Notes: a model not told the origin generated them from the letters alone. A DNA stretch of 64,000 nt from Rhynchobatus australiae (GCA_034780895.1 JAUZTB010000017.1:6424586-6488585); one strand, 5' to 3'. Shown: positions 13,723 through 27,842, numbered from the stretch's first letter. Made by a program: numbers and translations.

Positions 13723-13925
13723 CAGGTCCTCCCTAGGTTACAGCAGGGCTCCATTCCAGAAAACTGTTCATAATCGGAAATGTGGCTGCAAACCAAGTTC
13801 CCGCATGGCAGAAGATGCCTGTGGCTCCGCAGCAGCTGGCAAATACACCCCGCCGGTCTCCCAAATGCTCGTTCATATGTATGGGCTGTACATAAATCGA
13901 GTGTTTGTAAACTGGGAAAGACTTG
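13723..13925. mobile_element. Tc1/mariner (Tigger/pogo-like) MITE
   Basis: TA|CAGGTCCTCCCTAGGTTACA ... TGTAAACTGGGAAAGACTTG|TA: imperfect ~20-bp terminal inverted repeats, TA on both sides, 203 bp, non-coding. Confidence 0.72.
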
Positions 13926-16900
13926 TAGTCCAGTGCTGGGGATCTGTTCTCGAAATTAATTGGAGAAAATGGGATAGACGTTGGAAAAATCTGTTCAGGG
14001 TATAACACAGGTAGTTAGTAATATGGGTGCTAAAGACGTACCCTGACACCTGAGTTATATCAAGGTAGCACTGTATATTTACAGAGATTTACATAAAAGT
14101 GTGTGAAGTAAAGTGCAGCCAGTGTGCTTCAATATATACATTTCTGGTCATAAACAGTACAATTTTTTTCTAAATACACCTAAAGACTGACTAGACTTTA
14201 TAATTTAAAAAAGGTGGTGAATTTATGTGACAGCCTTTTATTATTGATACTTTGTGTAGCTTACACTTATCAACATACTGCAGTATCTACTCCTTGGCGC
14301 CAGAGAGGTCTCGTTTGTAATAATCAGTTGTAGACAGCTTCTTTAAATAGAAGATAAATTTTTGGGCAGACCACAAGAGCTTTTTTGACTAAATTGGTTT
14401 ACCAGCTGCAGATGATATCTGTCTCGCTATGTGTCCTTGGGGACAAATCATAGGGCACAGAATCATGTAGTATCAAGCTGTTAGAAATGAAATCAGGGAG
14501 ATGCATCTCTCTTTGTAGAAAGGGACATTTAATTAAGGGTTAAATGCCTAGCTCAGCCTTGCTATACCACTGAGGTAACTTGCAGTGGCATTAAGGTTCT
14601 GAACGTATCGAAAGGACCACACCAAAAGGACCTACCACCATCCAGGCTAAATCTTGACATCTGTTGGTGATTTGGAGCAATGATGTTTTCCTAAATGATG
14701 CTGAGTGTCTGATTAGAGTGAGGGACATTTCTTGGTACAGGGAAGTCAATAGGATCTAATCACTTCAGTTCCTTCAGGGCATCAGGCATGTTGGAGGCTC
14801 TGTGGTCAATGGGTTTTATCAACAGGAATTTCTCCATCTAGGATTGGCAAGTAGTACTGTCCAGGTTGTCGGGATATCGTTTGTCTAATCATCCTCTGTG
14901 GCCAAGCACAACCTGTACAGTATGGCCGGGGGGGGAGGGGGGGGGAGAGATAGAACAGCATGTAGTAATACTTGCTGCATCTGTATTTTGGTCTTTTGCA
15001 CACCACATGCATCCACGTGCAAGAGTGACTTTCAGGATTATTGCTGCTTTCACGGGGTGAGGGAGGTGCTCTTTCTACCCTCCGTAAACTTACTCAATCC
15101 TGGACCACGAGACAAAGTGGCAGATAGCTTGGGTAATAGTGACAACACTACTGGTGGCATGGATTAGTGTGGAGCCACATGTGATACAAACAAGAGTATG
15201 CCACACCAACAATTATCGTTTCTTCCAAATTTTGTTTTTTTAACTCAACAATATATAATCTTTGAAGAAAAATTAAAACCAGATAATAAATACTCGCAAT
15301 GAAGGTATAGTCTTATTTATCAACAGGTGAATTCAGTCCATATAATGGATGTATCCAATCTAAATTTTCTTAAGAAATTCTCAAGTGCAAATGTGTTCAG
15401 AATCAGATGCTTACACATTAATACATGGATGGGAGCAAAGTGCTAGTGAATGAATTTAGCACCTACTATTGTGGAATATGTTGTCTATTGTTACCATGCG
15501 TTTGTGAAGAAATGCCTTTAATTATGTTGTTTGTGGAAGTGTGGCACACTAAAAGGATATTAATGGATAATATTCCCACAATGAGGCATGGAAAAGACAG
15601 GATCACTCTGGTCATTCTTCATAGCTTTTGGCTGAGACAGACAGAGAATCTAATGAAGGAGCTATTTGTAGAACCATAATCCAAAAACAACATGGAAAAA
15701 TGCAAACATGCATGTTTTAGCTGTACTTAGTGCATGTGCTGATTCTTTTTGAATGTGGAAAAAATTCTTCATGGAAAAATGCTCCCTTAGCCAGGGAAAA
15801 CCCACAGGCATTAGCTCAGTGACCAATGGTTAAAATACTTTCAAACCCCATTTTGGGGAACATTTCAACAATCGTGTATCAAACTTCTCTTCATCAAAAA
15901 AGAAGCATCCTACCATGAATTTTACTTTTTGTTAATGCTGTTTGTATCAGTTATATAATTTGAAGTTTGCTTGGTTGTGATTAGAAATAGATTATTTTGT
16001 GCTTTGCACTTAAGGTTTTATTGCTTAGGATAGATTCACCTGAGGAGAGAAAAAGATGGCTTCTTGTTTGTGGAGAAAAAAGATTGGACGAGATTTTGTT
16101 GTGGCTTGCAAGGAAAACTGATTTTGCGAATAGCTGCCCAAAGACCTTAAGTGAGCTTGTCAGCGCAGATCTCCTTCCTTCCAGGATCTGACTAAAGTTG
16201 ATGCCATCTTGAAGGGATCTTTGGTAATTGTGAGTAGGACAAACAGCTGGAAAGCTGTTCAGCCAATCACACTGAAGAATCCTTAGAAAGCAAAGCAGAA
16301 AGTTTAAGTAAAGAAAAAAATAAATTACATTGAAATTATTGTAAAGAAGTGAAATAAAGATTATACACCATGGAATTACAATAGGCATAAATGAGTAAAG
16401 CACAAAACTATATTGATTTTTTAAAAAAGTAAATCTGCGACCTATGTTTTCTTAATGAAGAGACACTTTGCATCAGTAATTTTTTTCAGAGCTAGAGATG
16501 GTGTTCAGCAGTAATTATGACTTATTAAAAACTAAATTTTTCCTGCTAGATCAAGGTCTATTTTTTTAATCTTGCTTCTGAACGATTGGAGCAGGAAGTT
16601 AATCGAAATGCAAAAAGTAGATGTTTAGATTTTAAATAGGTGATTTTATGTAGATTTCATCAAGAAAAACTACAGCAGGTTCCCTGTGGAAAAGTCGTAG
16701 CACCTGACGGATTCCTTTGCTTATCAATGCATGTGTAGATGTGAGAAGGTCAACACTAATATCTTATTCAATATTTGCACAGCAAAATCTGCCAGTGCAT
16801 TTTAATGGCATGGGGAGGATCTGGTGTATGAGCATACTTGATGTATTCAAAATAACTTTTTGAAAAATCCAGTTAAACGCATTGTAGGCTTTAATTATGA

Positions 16901-18225
16901 TTTGTTGTCATCTTTGCCAGCTTTTGTCTTGTTCTGTCTTGTATTCATTGGTTCTAGAAAACAGTGATCCCTGACTGAAAAGTTGCTCTTTTTGTGTCCT
17001 AACTTTTACTTATAATGGGTGCTTCTTATTCTTGAAGATAACAGACCTGTTTTATGGAGTGTAGATTTTATTTCTGGGTTTGTCCTTGCCTAGATGCAGA
17101 TTCACTTTTTTGATTTGGTAGAGTGATAACTATATTGCGGAGTCATAATATGTTTTGTATGGGTCCTGATATCTTGCGTAGATTTAGGTGTTTAATGAGT
17201 TTTTTGATTAAAAAAGCGTTTCCTTTTCATTTTCAATAGGGGTTATCAAAATGGCTTTTGTTTGGTTTTTATTTAGATGAATTATTTAGATCATGAATGC
17301 ATACTAATGCATGAGCAAAAGAAATATGAAATTTTGCTGGGAGAAATTAAGTAACTGGTGTTAGAAGAATTTATGGCATTTACCATTAAGGTTGTAAAGC
17401 AGACTCGAAGTTATATTCTTTTGCATTGTTTTGGTGATATTGCAGTCATGCGAAAAGCAATCTTCATTTTCCAGTAGCAGAGCACATTGTGAAATTATTT
17501 TTGTTTTCTGTATAGTGACACTAGTGTTGAAAGCATTCAACTCTATACATGTCAGTAATGCTGTCTTCAAGTTGCTGGTATGTAACATTGTCCCCTTTTA
17601 TTCAGGATTTTGATTGGTGAAGTTAACAAATTATGTGCAGCTGTGGTATTGCCAAATTGCAATTCGAGCAGTTACAGGATATTTGCAGTGTAAGTCCATG
17701 TCCAGCTGACTCACAAGATTTTGAATATTAATGTATTGATTTTCTGAAGTTGATACACCTGTATAAGTAATTTGGAAATTAATTGGGTAAACTGACATCC
17801 ATTTGACAACAATAGTATAAGTTTAGATCAGGAAGATTGTCAATATGTTTGTGACATTTAATCCAAACCATGATTCAGTAAAATGAACTATGAATAAAAG
17901 TATTGAAGTTTTGTTGACCTATATTCTTTGAATTAGGAAGCAACTAGGTGGGTCTCTTGGTAGAAAATGTAATTTATTTAAATTTTGCATTAAATATTGG
18001 AATCCATAATGTCCCTAGCTGATGTGACTGAAAGATAAGAATAGTCAAAAGGATTTTCCTCCCCTACTCTTCTCCACCCCCTCCCTGATTCATAGCTAAG
18101 GCTAAGCTTTTGTGGCAGACCCAAAGTTAGCCAGCAGAACAGTGATTTGACTTCTCAAATTTTTTGTTGTGAGCTCGAGTTGTCGAGCGAGAGGCTTCAC
18201 TGGCTTTGACCTTGTATGGGCAGCC

Positions 18226-19298
18226 AGGCCAATGGGCAATATGAAAAATCTGGCCAATGTCAGATTTAATTGGATGCATTCAGTTAAAGATGTAATTTTG
18301 CATTCAGAGACCAACGTTATTTCATATTTAATGAGTTTCAGATTATCCTGTTTGTCAGAGGGTGAGATGGGATGGTGACGAGGAAAGACTAAAAGATCCC
18401 CATCAAAAACTTAGTTCAAGGAAATCCGGTCTGATGGCACAAAACAAATTCTGTGGCCAAGTAGTGGAGTGATACAGCACCCTACCCACTGTTTATTGCT
18501 GTCAAAATGGATTTGTGATATGGTTCCACTTTCTGATACTTCAGGGCAACCTCCCCAGAAGACAGTGGTGTACCATTTTTGGCAGCAGCTGGTGATCGGC
18601 TCAACGCTGCATACACTGTCTACAAAGCATTGGAACAGATGCGCAAGAAGATGGCACACTTAAAGAAATATGGCAAAGGTAAGATTACCCGATAGTACTA
18701 TGTATCGGGTAGATGGCCCAAACCTGCATGGCACAAACTACTGCCTGACCCATATATAATGCTTGCCCTTATTGGGCCCTCACCCAAACTTGACGTTATT
18801 TTTATTGCAGTTGTTTTATTGCATCTAATTTATTTGCAAACCCCAGAGAACTCAACTTTAAAAATGTGAAGTACAAATTAAAATGTTAACACAATTGCAG
18901 CCTCCAAGGTCATAATGACTATGGTTGTAGTAAACCCTGAGCAGCATGATATATTGTCACTTTCTGACACTAAGAATGGTGCAAGTTGTGTACATATTTG
19001 CCACAATGCATGTACTCCTCCATAACTTTCACCTTGACGAAAGGCAACAGCATATGTTTTTGGGAGCAAGGCCAATGGGCATTGTGAAAAGTCTGGCCAA
19101 TATCAGATTTAAATGAATGCATGCAGTTGAAGATTTAATTTTGCATTCAGGGACAAATGTTATTTCAAACTTGAATCAGTTTCAGATTAGACTTTTACTG
19201 TTTGTCAGTGTTGGTTAAAGGTTGATATGGGTAGTAAGGAGGAAAGACTGAATGATCTCCATCAAAAGGAAATCCAGTATGATGGCACAAAGCAAATT
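18226..19298 (+). repeat. Diverged ~225-bp direct repeat (18226-18450 and 19069-19298)
   Basis: Collinear similarity from aggccaatgggca..tctggccaat.tcagatttaa to gatggcacaaa.caaatt, with copy starts 843 bp apart. Confidence 0.9.
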
Positions 19299-20064
19299 GT
19301 TATAATTGAGCAGCAAATGTATGTGGACGATAAGCCCTTTATGTTCAGACTGGCCTTGAAAGATGAGTGTTGTGGAATTGCAGGCACGAAGGTATTTCAC
19401 AAACAGAATTCTGAAGGTACCCTTCAGATAATGCATTGAGACTTTACTAAGCCTGTGAGAGCATTATTACCCATTAGATGTATTACAAGATGTATTCAAT
19501 TAACTGCAAAAGGGAGCTCTATAGCCCATAAAGTCACATAATGCTTGTTTCAACAGTTGAGATGCTGATGTGGTGTTACCACAATAATCTTAAAGTCACA
19601 GTAAGACATTTGCCTTCTGAGCAAGATGTACTTGGAACCATGGGCCCACATGATGCACATTTAGGCTCTCAGTGCTAAGTGCTAGTGTAATGTATGGAGC
19701 GTTTTAGCACACATGTATAACTGCATAGTTATAACATGATAAAAAAAATTATGAAAGATGTTATGCAAATTTTATTAAATTTAATGAGACTTAAAATCAC
19801 TTTTTTCATTATCCCTTTCCCCAATGCACAAAAGAACCTGGCNNNNNNNNNNNNNNNNNNNAATGTGATCTGCTTGTGGACCTTGTTTACTTATTATCCT
19901 TAAAAGCTGACTTTCAGATGACGGAATGATTGAATTATAAATTGTAACCTGATCCAAAACTGCATTGTAGTGTGTACTATCAACAAAATACACTGAAGAT
20001 TCTCTCCCAGACCTCTCCAACAATATCTCCTGTAACCTTACCACAAAGAAATAAAAAGGGTTCA

Positions 20065-20160
20065 GCTGGACTGATGAACTGCCATGACCCAAAAGTTGAC
20101 TGTCCACTTCCCTCCATGATGCTGCCTGACCCACTGAGTTCTTCCAACATCTTGTTTGTT
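20065..20160 (+). mobile_element. Solitary Penelope pLTR module
   Basis: ctgatga..gaccc-aaaa-gttgac followed by gatgctgcctgacccactgagttcttccaacatcttgtt. Confidence 0.65.
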
Positions 20161-21699
20161 ACTCCCTTTATAGCAGTTCCTTTAATCTGACAAAATTTTT
20201 TGACCGTGTTCACACAAATCTGCTTAATGAACCAACTGGTAAGGAGATGGGTGGGAGGAGACATTCCATGTAGAAATGCCAATCCTTACAGTTGTAACTG
20301 TGCATAAGTTCAGGCTCCCAGTAATCAAGGATGTACGGAACTTCCTCTCAGCTGATTGCAGCCAGGGGCCACCATACTTCAATGCTAGATTCTGCATTTT
20401 CCTACCCCTTAATGGTAGGCAAACTGTTTGCTATTCCTGTGCCAGATTGGAACTGATGTAGGAACAGCAAACCCATTTGTTTGAATAGAAGAGAAAGGCT
20501 ACAAGGAAGAGGGTTAAATATACAGTAAACATAAATTACTTTTTTTATATTCAATTGTTTATTTGTTTTTATATTTTCTAGTGTTTTTGTTTTAAATATT
20601 TAAATATTTTAATGTTATATTTTAATAAGTTTTAAATCCTTTTAAAAGATTGAATGTCAGACATTCACAGACATTCAAACTTTGATAGTTTTTGACAGTG
20701 CTAAGCAAGGAGCTTCAGTTTAGCCAAACATCAATGTGGTTCTATGAAGGGACATGCTGTTTACAATTGGAAGGTTATAAAACTACGTGGCTTCATTAAT
20801 CAGATTGGAGCTTTCTTTCTGGAGGAAGTTCATGTCAGTAGGCTCTCTCACTTCAGGCAGAAATCATGTAGGGGAAGCAATCAGGTTGGAGTCAGAGTCC
20901 TGGAAGAAGCTCATGGTGGTGGACCTGCTCCAGGTAAGAGTGGGTTTAGTGAAATGCGAGTTCCCTGAGCAGCTACCTCCTATTTTGTTCCCTCGTTGGT
21001 TTAGTCAGTGCCTTGCTATTTAGTGAAAATGATATCCACATTTGATACTGTTTACCATATCTTACCTGAGTAGTTTTAAGGGCTAGTAGTAAAAAGCCCT
21101 TCCATCTTTAGTCATTCTTCATCTCCAATAGCATTCATTAGTAAATCCATAGGGAGTGTACTCAATACAATTCCCTTATCGATCATGTTTTTTCAAGAAT
21201 AATTCCTCTTGTAAATTCTGTTAGTTTAGTAACAATCAAAGTAGAGCTAATTGTTTACAGTTGTCCAAAATGCCTTTTTTAGAAATGAAAAGTCACTTTG
21301 CCGCCTTCCTGTCTTGAAAAAAAGCCTTTTCACAACTATAAAATGTTGTGGCTTTGATTTTCAAAGTTTTTCTTAGCTGCCTCCAGAATGTAAGTCAGCA
21401 GATCCCCATGTTTTGTCTTATTTCTTTACCACCATTTTTCAATAATGATATGGATGTGGTTGTTGTGGGTATGATTTGCAAACCTGGAGATCTCTTTAAA
21501 TATTAGTACAGTAGATGATGCTTAACTGCTTCAAAGTGGATCATGTATGTTTTGAGATTGAACATATAGAGATTGAATGATGCTTACTTTGTTAAAGCAT
21601 GGAATAATAAACATGGTCAAGAACAAATTAAAGAAGAAGGAGAAAAAAAGGGATTGGAGTGTATTAGAAAATACATCTCCAAAGGTGTACTATGACAAT

Positions 21700-22110
21700 A
21701 TGTTGAGGTACGTTCAAAGGGTGCTTGATATTAAGACAAAGCGTGCTATTGGAATAATTGTATCCAGTTTTGGTTTCCTCACAGGGTTGGAGATGTTAGG
21801 GTTTTCAAAAGGATGAAGAGAAGTTAAATTCCCAAATTTGAACCATCTTGGTTATCCAAATAAATTCAAAGAACAGACTTGAATTTGAGGGTAATCTGAC
21901 AATGTTCATAACATTATGAAGGAACGGATTGTGTTCCAATTAAGTTTTTATAAATTAACAAGGGTAGGAAGAACCAAGATGCTCAATTTTAAGTTGTGGA
22001 GTTCCAGATTTAGGTAGGATGTTGGGAGTTAGAGGATAGTGTATCTTTATTCCACTACCATTTCATGGTGGAAGCTGCTTTTCTGAATTCCTTCAAATAA
22101 AAGTTGGACC
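21700..22110 (+). mobile_element. Very old CR1-like LINE 3' remnant
   Basis: Weak collinear similarity to CR1 3' ends (tatccagttttggt, ttcataacattatgaagga). Confidence 0.45.
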
Positions 22111-22939
22111 TNNNNNNNNNNNNNNNNNNNNNCCATCAATTAAAGATTGGTGTTTGAATAAATTAAGAGCCTGTTGATCTCTTGGACTTGGTTTGATGAG
22201 TCAGAGAAAGTTCTCAATTTTTTTTCTCTCAAAATTGTTTTGGATCTTAATTGAAATGTTATCTTTCCCATCACATCAAACCAACCAGGCTGTTGTGGAT
22301 GCTGTATACTGTATGTTTTGATACATAGCATTTGTCAGTTGTTTAGTACAGACAGTATAATCCAGAGGATCTTTATCTCTCTATCATTGTTTGCAATAGT
22401 AGCTGCTACTAATTGCTCTTCATCTTTGGGTGCTTCTATAAGCTTAATATTCACATTTGAGGTTTATTTAGTATTTCTGTCATTCCCTTGCTCTGTACTT
22501 CTAATTTCCTTGTGGCTGTCTTTCTTGCTAATATATCACTGTTTTATACAAATATTAGTCATACTAACTCTACATTGTAAAGTGTTTATAGATGTCCTAT
22601 ATATTTTGCTCTTCCTGGTTTTCATTTTTATCTTTTTTTTGTTTCAAATTTTCTAGTCTGTTGGATACATCCTTTATGTGATGCATTTTTTCCACCAGAG
22701 TAAACATATTTGCTATTTCCTATCTAGATATATCCAGTTATTTAGTTTTGTTTGCCAACACTTTCTTTCTTTCTAATATGGGCATTTTTGTTTTAATCAT
22801 GTAGTAATTTATTTCTTCAATCAAGGTTACTTACTCGACTTAGTTTCTTTCCCCACAGAACCTAACTATGCTGTAGTCTTCAAAGAAAAATCTCCAAAGA
22901 AAGCAATGAGAGAATATGCCCAATATTGCCCCAGTTTCA

Positions 22940-23780
22940 ATGCCTACCTTTGTGTGTACCGTTATTAAGTTCTGTCTCGATTCCAAACATTAAGTGTCAC
23001 TGTGCTAAGGTCTGTCTGTCCCTGTATTGGAAAGGGTGGTTATGGCCATGTTGCTGTCAGAAGTTTCATTCTGTTGAACTATACCATAACAGTTGATCCT
23101 TGAAGAAATATTTGTGCAGAGGAATGTCTTTGACCACAAGTCCATCAAACAGTGGTCTGCATGGAATATCTTCAAGTCACTGCAGGGAAAACAGACCTGG
23201 TGGATTATATTGGATGGTTCTTAAAGTATTTGTTACAAAGCCTAATTAGTAGAACTTTCAAATAAGCTTCAAGACCTTGCTTGGCTGGTGGTGAGAAGGG
23301 CCTTCACTGCCAGATCCTTAATTCTCAGTAAGATTCTCAATACCACCACGTACTGCCAAGAAGGTCTGGATCGAGATGCATTTGTCTTTGTCAAGGTGCA
23401 TCTAGCACATCTTGTAATAATTGATCAACTTAGTGAAAGACACATTTTGATCTGCACAAAGCTTGTTGGTCTTCTGGTACAAGGAGCTGTTCACAACCAA
23501 ATGTGCAGACTGGGTCAAATTCTGTGTCAAGGGAGACACTGAAACTTGATGAGCAGCTGCCATGCGGAAGTGTCATGGTTTAAGGAACCCGTATAGAAAC
23601 CTTTCAGATATTTCTCATGGAATGCCTGTGAAAGAAAATTAGAAGTCAAGCTGACATAATGTAAATCTTGTTAGGAAATGGAACATGCCTTGTATTGTGA
23701 ATGGTAACATATAGTTATACTGTACTATATATTTGCATATCTTACAAATAGTTTATTTTTGGGGAAATAGATAAAAACCA
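22940..23780 (+). mobile_element. Decayed Tx1-like (L1 clade) LINE 3' part
   Basis: Translation ELSNKLQDLAWLVVRRAFTARS matches the zf-RVT region of Tx1-type ORF2 as recalled. A-rich end near 23770. Confidence 0.7.
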
Positions 23781-23879
23781 ACAGTCCTTTAGCTCTTGGA
23801 TTGCTTTTTGTACAAGCTTTTAGTGACTGTTCACGTGGAATACTGAAGTCATCTTGCTTCTCTGTGTAAGTTTCTGTTA

Positions 23880-24142
23880 GAATCTCACACTAATCCTACA
23901 TTAATCACATTTTATTTTTATTCTTCCCACATTCTCATTAATTCCCCTAAGATTCTACCACTCTCCTACATACTAGGTCAATTTACATTGGCCAATTAAA
24001 CCATCAACCATTAGTATTTGTGGAAGGAAACCCATCCGTTTGCAGGGAGAATATGCAGACTCACTCAGAAAGCAGCCAATCTCAGGATTAAACCTGGGAT
24101 TCTGGCACTGTGAGGCAGTCTTTCTACTAGCCACACCACTGT
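23880..24142 (-). mobile_element. Old V-SINE
   Basis: ggccaattaa..gtggaaggaaacccat..gggagaatatgcagactc..ggattaaacctggg..ctgtgaggcag, homologous to 6430-6727. Confidence 0.72.
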
Positions 24143-25361
24143 ATCACCCACTGATCTGATTTGAGAAGTCTAACACTCGAAATCTTGCAGTTGTGACAAA
24201 GGGTCTCCATTTGAAAATTAATCGTTTAAGGTGCTGACAGCAGCAATTTATTTCTGCATGCATCAAGATTAGATAATTTGTATTTTTGTACTTTTGTATT
24301 TTTAATAATGATTTATGTAGCAATTTGTATGTAGTAATCAAAGTAGAATGCTGGTGTGAGTGTTATTCTGAAGCTGATCTTGTATTTAGTTTTGGTCAAC
24401 ATCAATTTGCAGCTTTTTTTTCAGCTGGTCAAGCAAAATTTCCTGAACTTACCTTTCTAGAATTGTGTAGATGTAAGCTATTTTGATTGGATTTTTAAAC
24501 ATTGATTGGAATATATGCATTTGCTCATAATGGAACATTTTGCTTTCGGAGGTCATAAAAAATGACAATAGATTATAGAGAGAAATTGACCTTGGTTGGG
24601 GCAGTTCAGTGAAACTTTTCTAACTTGCACTTCATGAGGAATTACCTAAATAATAAAAAAAATTTCCTGAACTGGAAATATTTTCAAGTGTACTGTGTGT
24701 TCATGACAACTTTTTAATTTCTGATTATCTCATTACACTGAATCAAAATGATAGAATAAGAGTATTTAAATATTGATCATATAAAAAGGGTAGCACTTTA
24801 CATGATAGTATTTTTGACAATTGTGGACAATTTATATTTATGTTCCATGCTCCTCCTTTATATTGCATACTTACATGTAATTCATAATCTGGGTGAACAT
24901 TGCTGAGACAATTAAGCAGTTATCATCAGTTAGTATTCTGAAGGGTTGAGCTATTCCAATCACATGCAGACGTGATGTGTGATTCACTGAACAAATCTTA
25001 AACAATGCATTTGTAAGAATGATAAATATAAATAACTGGAAATTTCAATTACTTCAGTTTTGCATGGGAAAGAAACAGAAAAGAATTTGGAACATTGTTC
25101 CATCCAAGTAAAGATTTGTCTAGGCATAATTATTGTAGAATATATCTTGCTACAGTTGTTTCCGGTCTTTGTTCCAATTTGAATAAATCTGCTTGAAAAT
25201 TAATAATTGAGATCTATGTGGTTACCTTGGTGTCTTGTGATGATGAGCTGTGAATGCCTTTGTACGTATCTTGTGTAATGTATGCAGGTGACTTAACCCC
25301 CCCCCCCCCCAACCTTCCCTCAACAGGTGGAGGGGTTGCATCTTTACTTGTGTATTGTATA

Positions 25362-25633
25362 CAGGCAACTTCCCCCCCTCCCCACCTCGCCTTCCCTCAA
25401 CGGGGGGAAGGGTTGCATTCCTAGAAAATGGTCTGTATCATGCTTTTCTATATGGTAAAGCTGCATCATCTGCCCGTGTGAAAAGAAAGTATTGTTTATT
25501 TAGTCACCTTCCTTTTATATAGTCTGTAAGAATGAATTTTATTCCATATCTCAAATTTTTGGGTAGTGATTTGTGAATTCAGTAAGGGCAAATTTCCGTT
25601 AAACCTAATGGCAGTAACATGGGGGTTGCCTTG
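25362..25633. mobile_element. Tc1/mariner-type MITE
   Basis: TA|CAGGCAACTTCCCC ... GGGGGTTGCCTTG|TA inverted termini with TA flanks. Confidence 0.6.
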
Positions 25634-27842
25634 TATACAAGTTTTAAATTGTGCCATTAATAACTATAACAGCATTTTCATTAGGTTCTTTCAGATACTG
25701 GTTCAATTCCAGTATTCTTAAATGACTGATCCTATGTTAATGTTCATCCACCTCTCCCACGCCAGCATGATTAAAATTGATGGATAGATTCAAGGTGGAC
25801 AAAGAAATTTTGATGCAATCCAGCCCACAATCCTCCTTAATCCTTTTCTTGTCTCTTTTGAGGTGGTTAAATTTCCCAACGATCTTTGCTTCTTCCCCAA
25901 TAGAATCTTTTGATTCTGTTAGTGGTGAGAAATTTTGAAGCCTCTTGAAGATATCAGAATCCATAGTTTAAAATTTTTTGATTCTAAGTGTTCACGTTCT
26001 TGTCTTCCCTCTTTACATTCCTCTCTTTTATGTACAGGTGGTGTATATTCTGATCATGTTTATGTTTCTTATCCCACTTTTTGCCAGAGCCAGAATAGCT
26101 GCATTTAAAGTAACAAGTTGACACAGAAGTTACCCAAGTTATAAATCGGTGGGAAAAATAAAATGGGATTATTGTGGATTGATGCTTGATATCTGCATGA
26201 CCTTGTTGGGCCAAAAGTCTGTTTCTGTGCTTTGTGACTCTCTAAAATGGATGTTGAAACTGTTGTCTTCTTGTGACCGACAGTGTCAAGTATGTAACCA
26301 TCACACATTTCCCAATCAATTGATTTTAAGAAGTGCTTGTTCTTTTTCTTGTATTAGTAAGAAAAGAACATTTTTTTTTCATTCTGTAGTTCTTTATGCA
26401 TTCACCTGCCCAAGTATTGGAATAATGATTCCTTAAGTTACGTGTATTAGAAGCAGTATTGACACCAAGTGTGTTAAAGTGACTTTAAGATTTACAAAAT
26501 CATCTGGTACCAATTTCACATCATTATGCCATTAAAAAATACTTCATTGTTTTATGTTATAGGCTATATATTTTTGTGCCCTCTCAACATAATTCAAAGA
26601 TCTTTGTTGTGAAGTTGTGTGTATATAATTTGAAAATTATATTGTGGTTGTGATTATCTTTCCAGTAGTGCAGCTGATTAACTAGAGATGTTAGGATGGA
26701 CCTATGCCCCTGCATTAAAGAGCCAATCACTATTTACCAGTATATTCAGTTTTCCTACAAGAGCTCTGACAGATCACTAAGCTTGTTGTTAACTACCAAC
26801 TGCAGATACTACAGGACTTTATATGGGAATCAGGAAAGGATGCTTGATAAGCATGTAAGAATATTGGCAGATATCTAAAAACACAAAACTACTCCAAAAG
26901 ACAACAGTTTTGGAAGGAGATGTAGAATAGCCCTCAAGACGAGAATGGAAACCAATGGCTGTATTTATAGTTTGTCTGTTTTTATTAGACATTCCTTAAA
27001 CGTCGAGAAATGTAGATTGAATAGCGTCTGATTTAAATTATGGGAAAATAACTTTTAAAAAAAAGTCTAGTATCTTGCTTATATAGATAACTAAATTTGG
27101 TGTAGATCTAGCAAGTCTGTTTTCAATGCATTCATCAGTGCAGACAGGCTGGTATTTAAACTATGCTCATGTACATTTAAATTACTTGCTCTTTTAAAAA
27201 AAAATCAGATTAAGCAGTAACCACTTTGGTGAGAGTATCACTGTAATGGAATGGAAAGTTCATTTGAACTTTAATATTAGCCTCTGTGGTTTTAAAGTTG
27301 CTTTGGAAAATTCCTTCCAAATGATCACAAGCTGTGAATGGGAAAGATTTATTTTACTTCAGCCGTACAGCATCTACAGGAATGTTTAAATACCAATAGT
27401 TTTCCTGAGAAACCAGATGTTAAACTTTTTTGTTAACAGTTTTATTTTTATGTGTTTTGGTCATAGATTTGGACATGGTGAGATAATTTACTATGTGTGG
27501 TTTCTGACATCAGAATCATGATATCTGTGTCCGTGGGAAACCATATCGACAACACAATTCATTATAAAAATCAAGCATCATTAGAAATGCTATATTAAGT
27601 TTTTTTTCCATCTGAACACTTTCTCAATATATGCAAAGGCACACAGCATCTTCCAATTTCATGCTCAAGTTGTGGGGGAAACTTTCTCAAGTGATATGTG
27701 TAACAGAATTGTTGAATCAATTGTATAGAATTGAACGATTCTGTTAATCATCAGTCTTCCCCCTACCAACACCACAACCCCCACCTCTAAACTTTTCCCC
27801 ACTACCTTGTTTGGTCTTCCCTTTTCCTGAAGTTCCTTAGAG

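Noticed and set aside
14500-15170. Moderately GC-richer stretch with several short ORFs and a G-run
   Set aside because: Possibly a very old element, but no motif could be assigned.
15997-16191. ORF with LLRIDSPEERKRWL, resembling a PH-domain C-terminal helix
   Set aside because: Short motif with no ATG, no other PH strands and no convincing exon chain. Probably chance.
22318-22656. 112-aa hydrophobic ORF resembling a membrane protein
   Set aside because: T-rich low-complexity intron gives F/L/I bias. No ATG or recognisable family.
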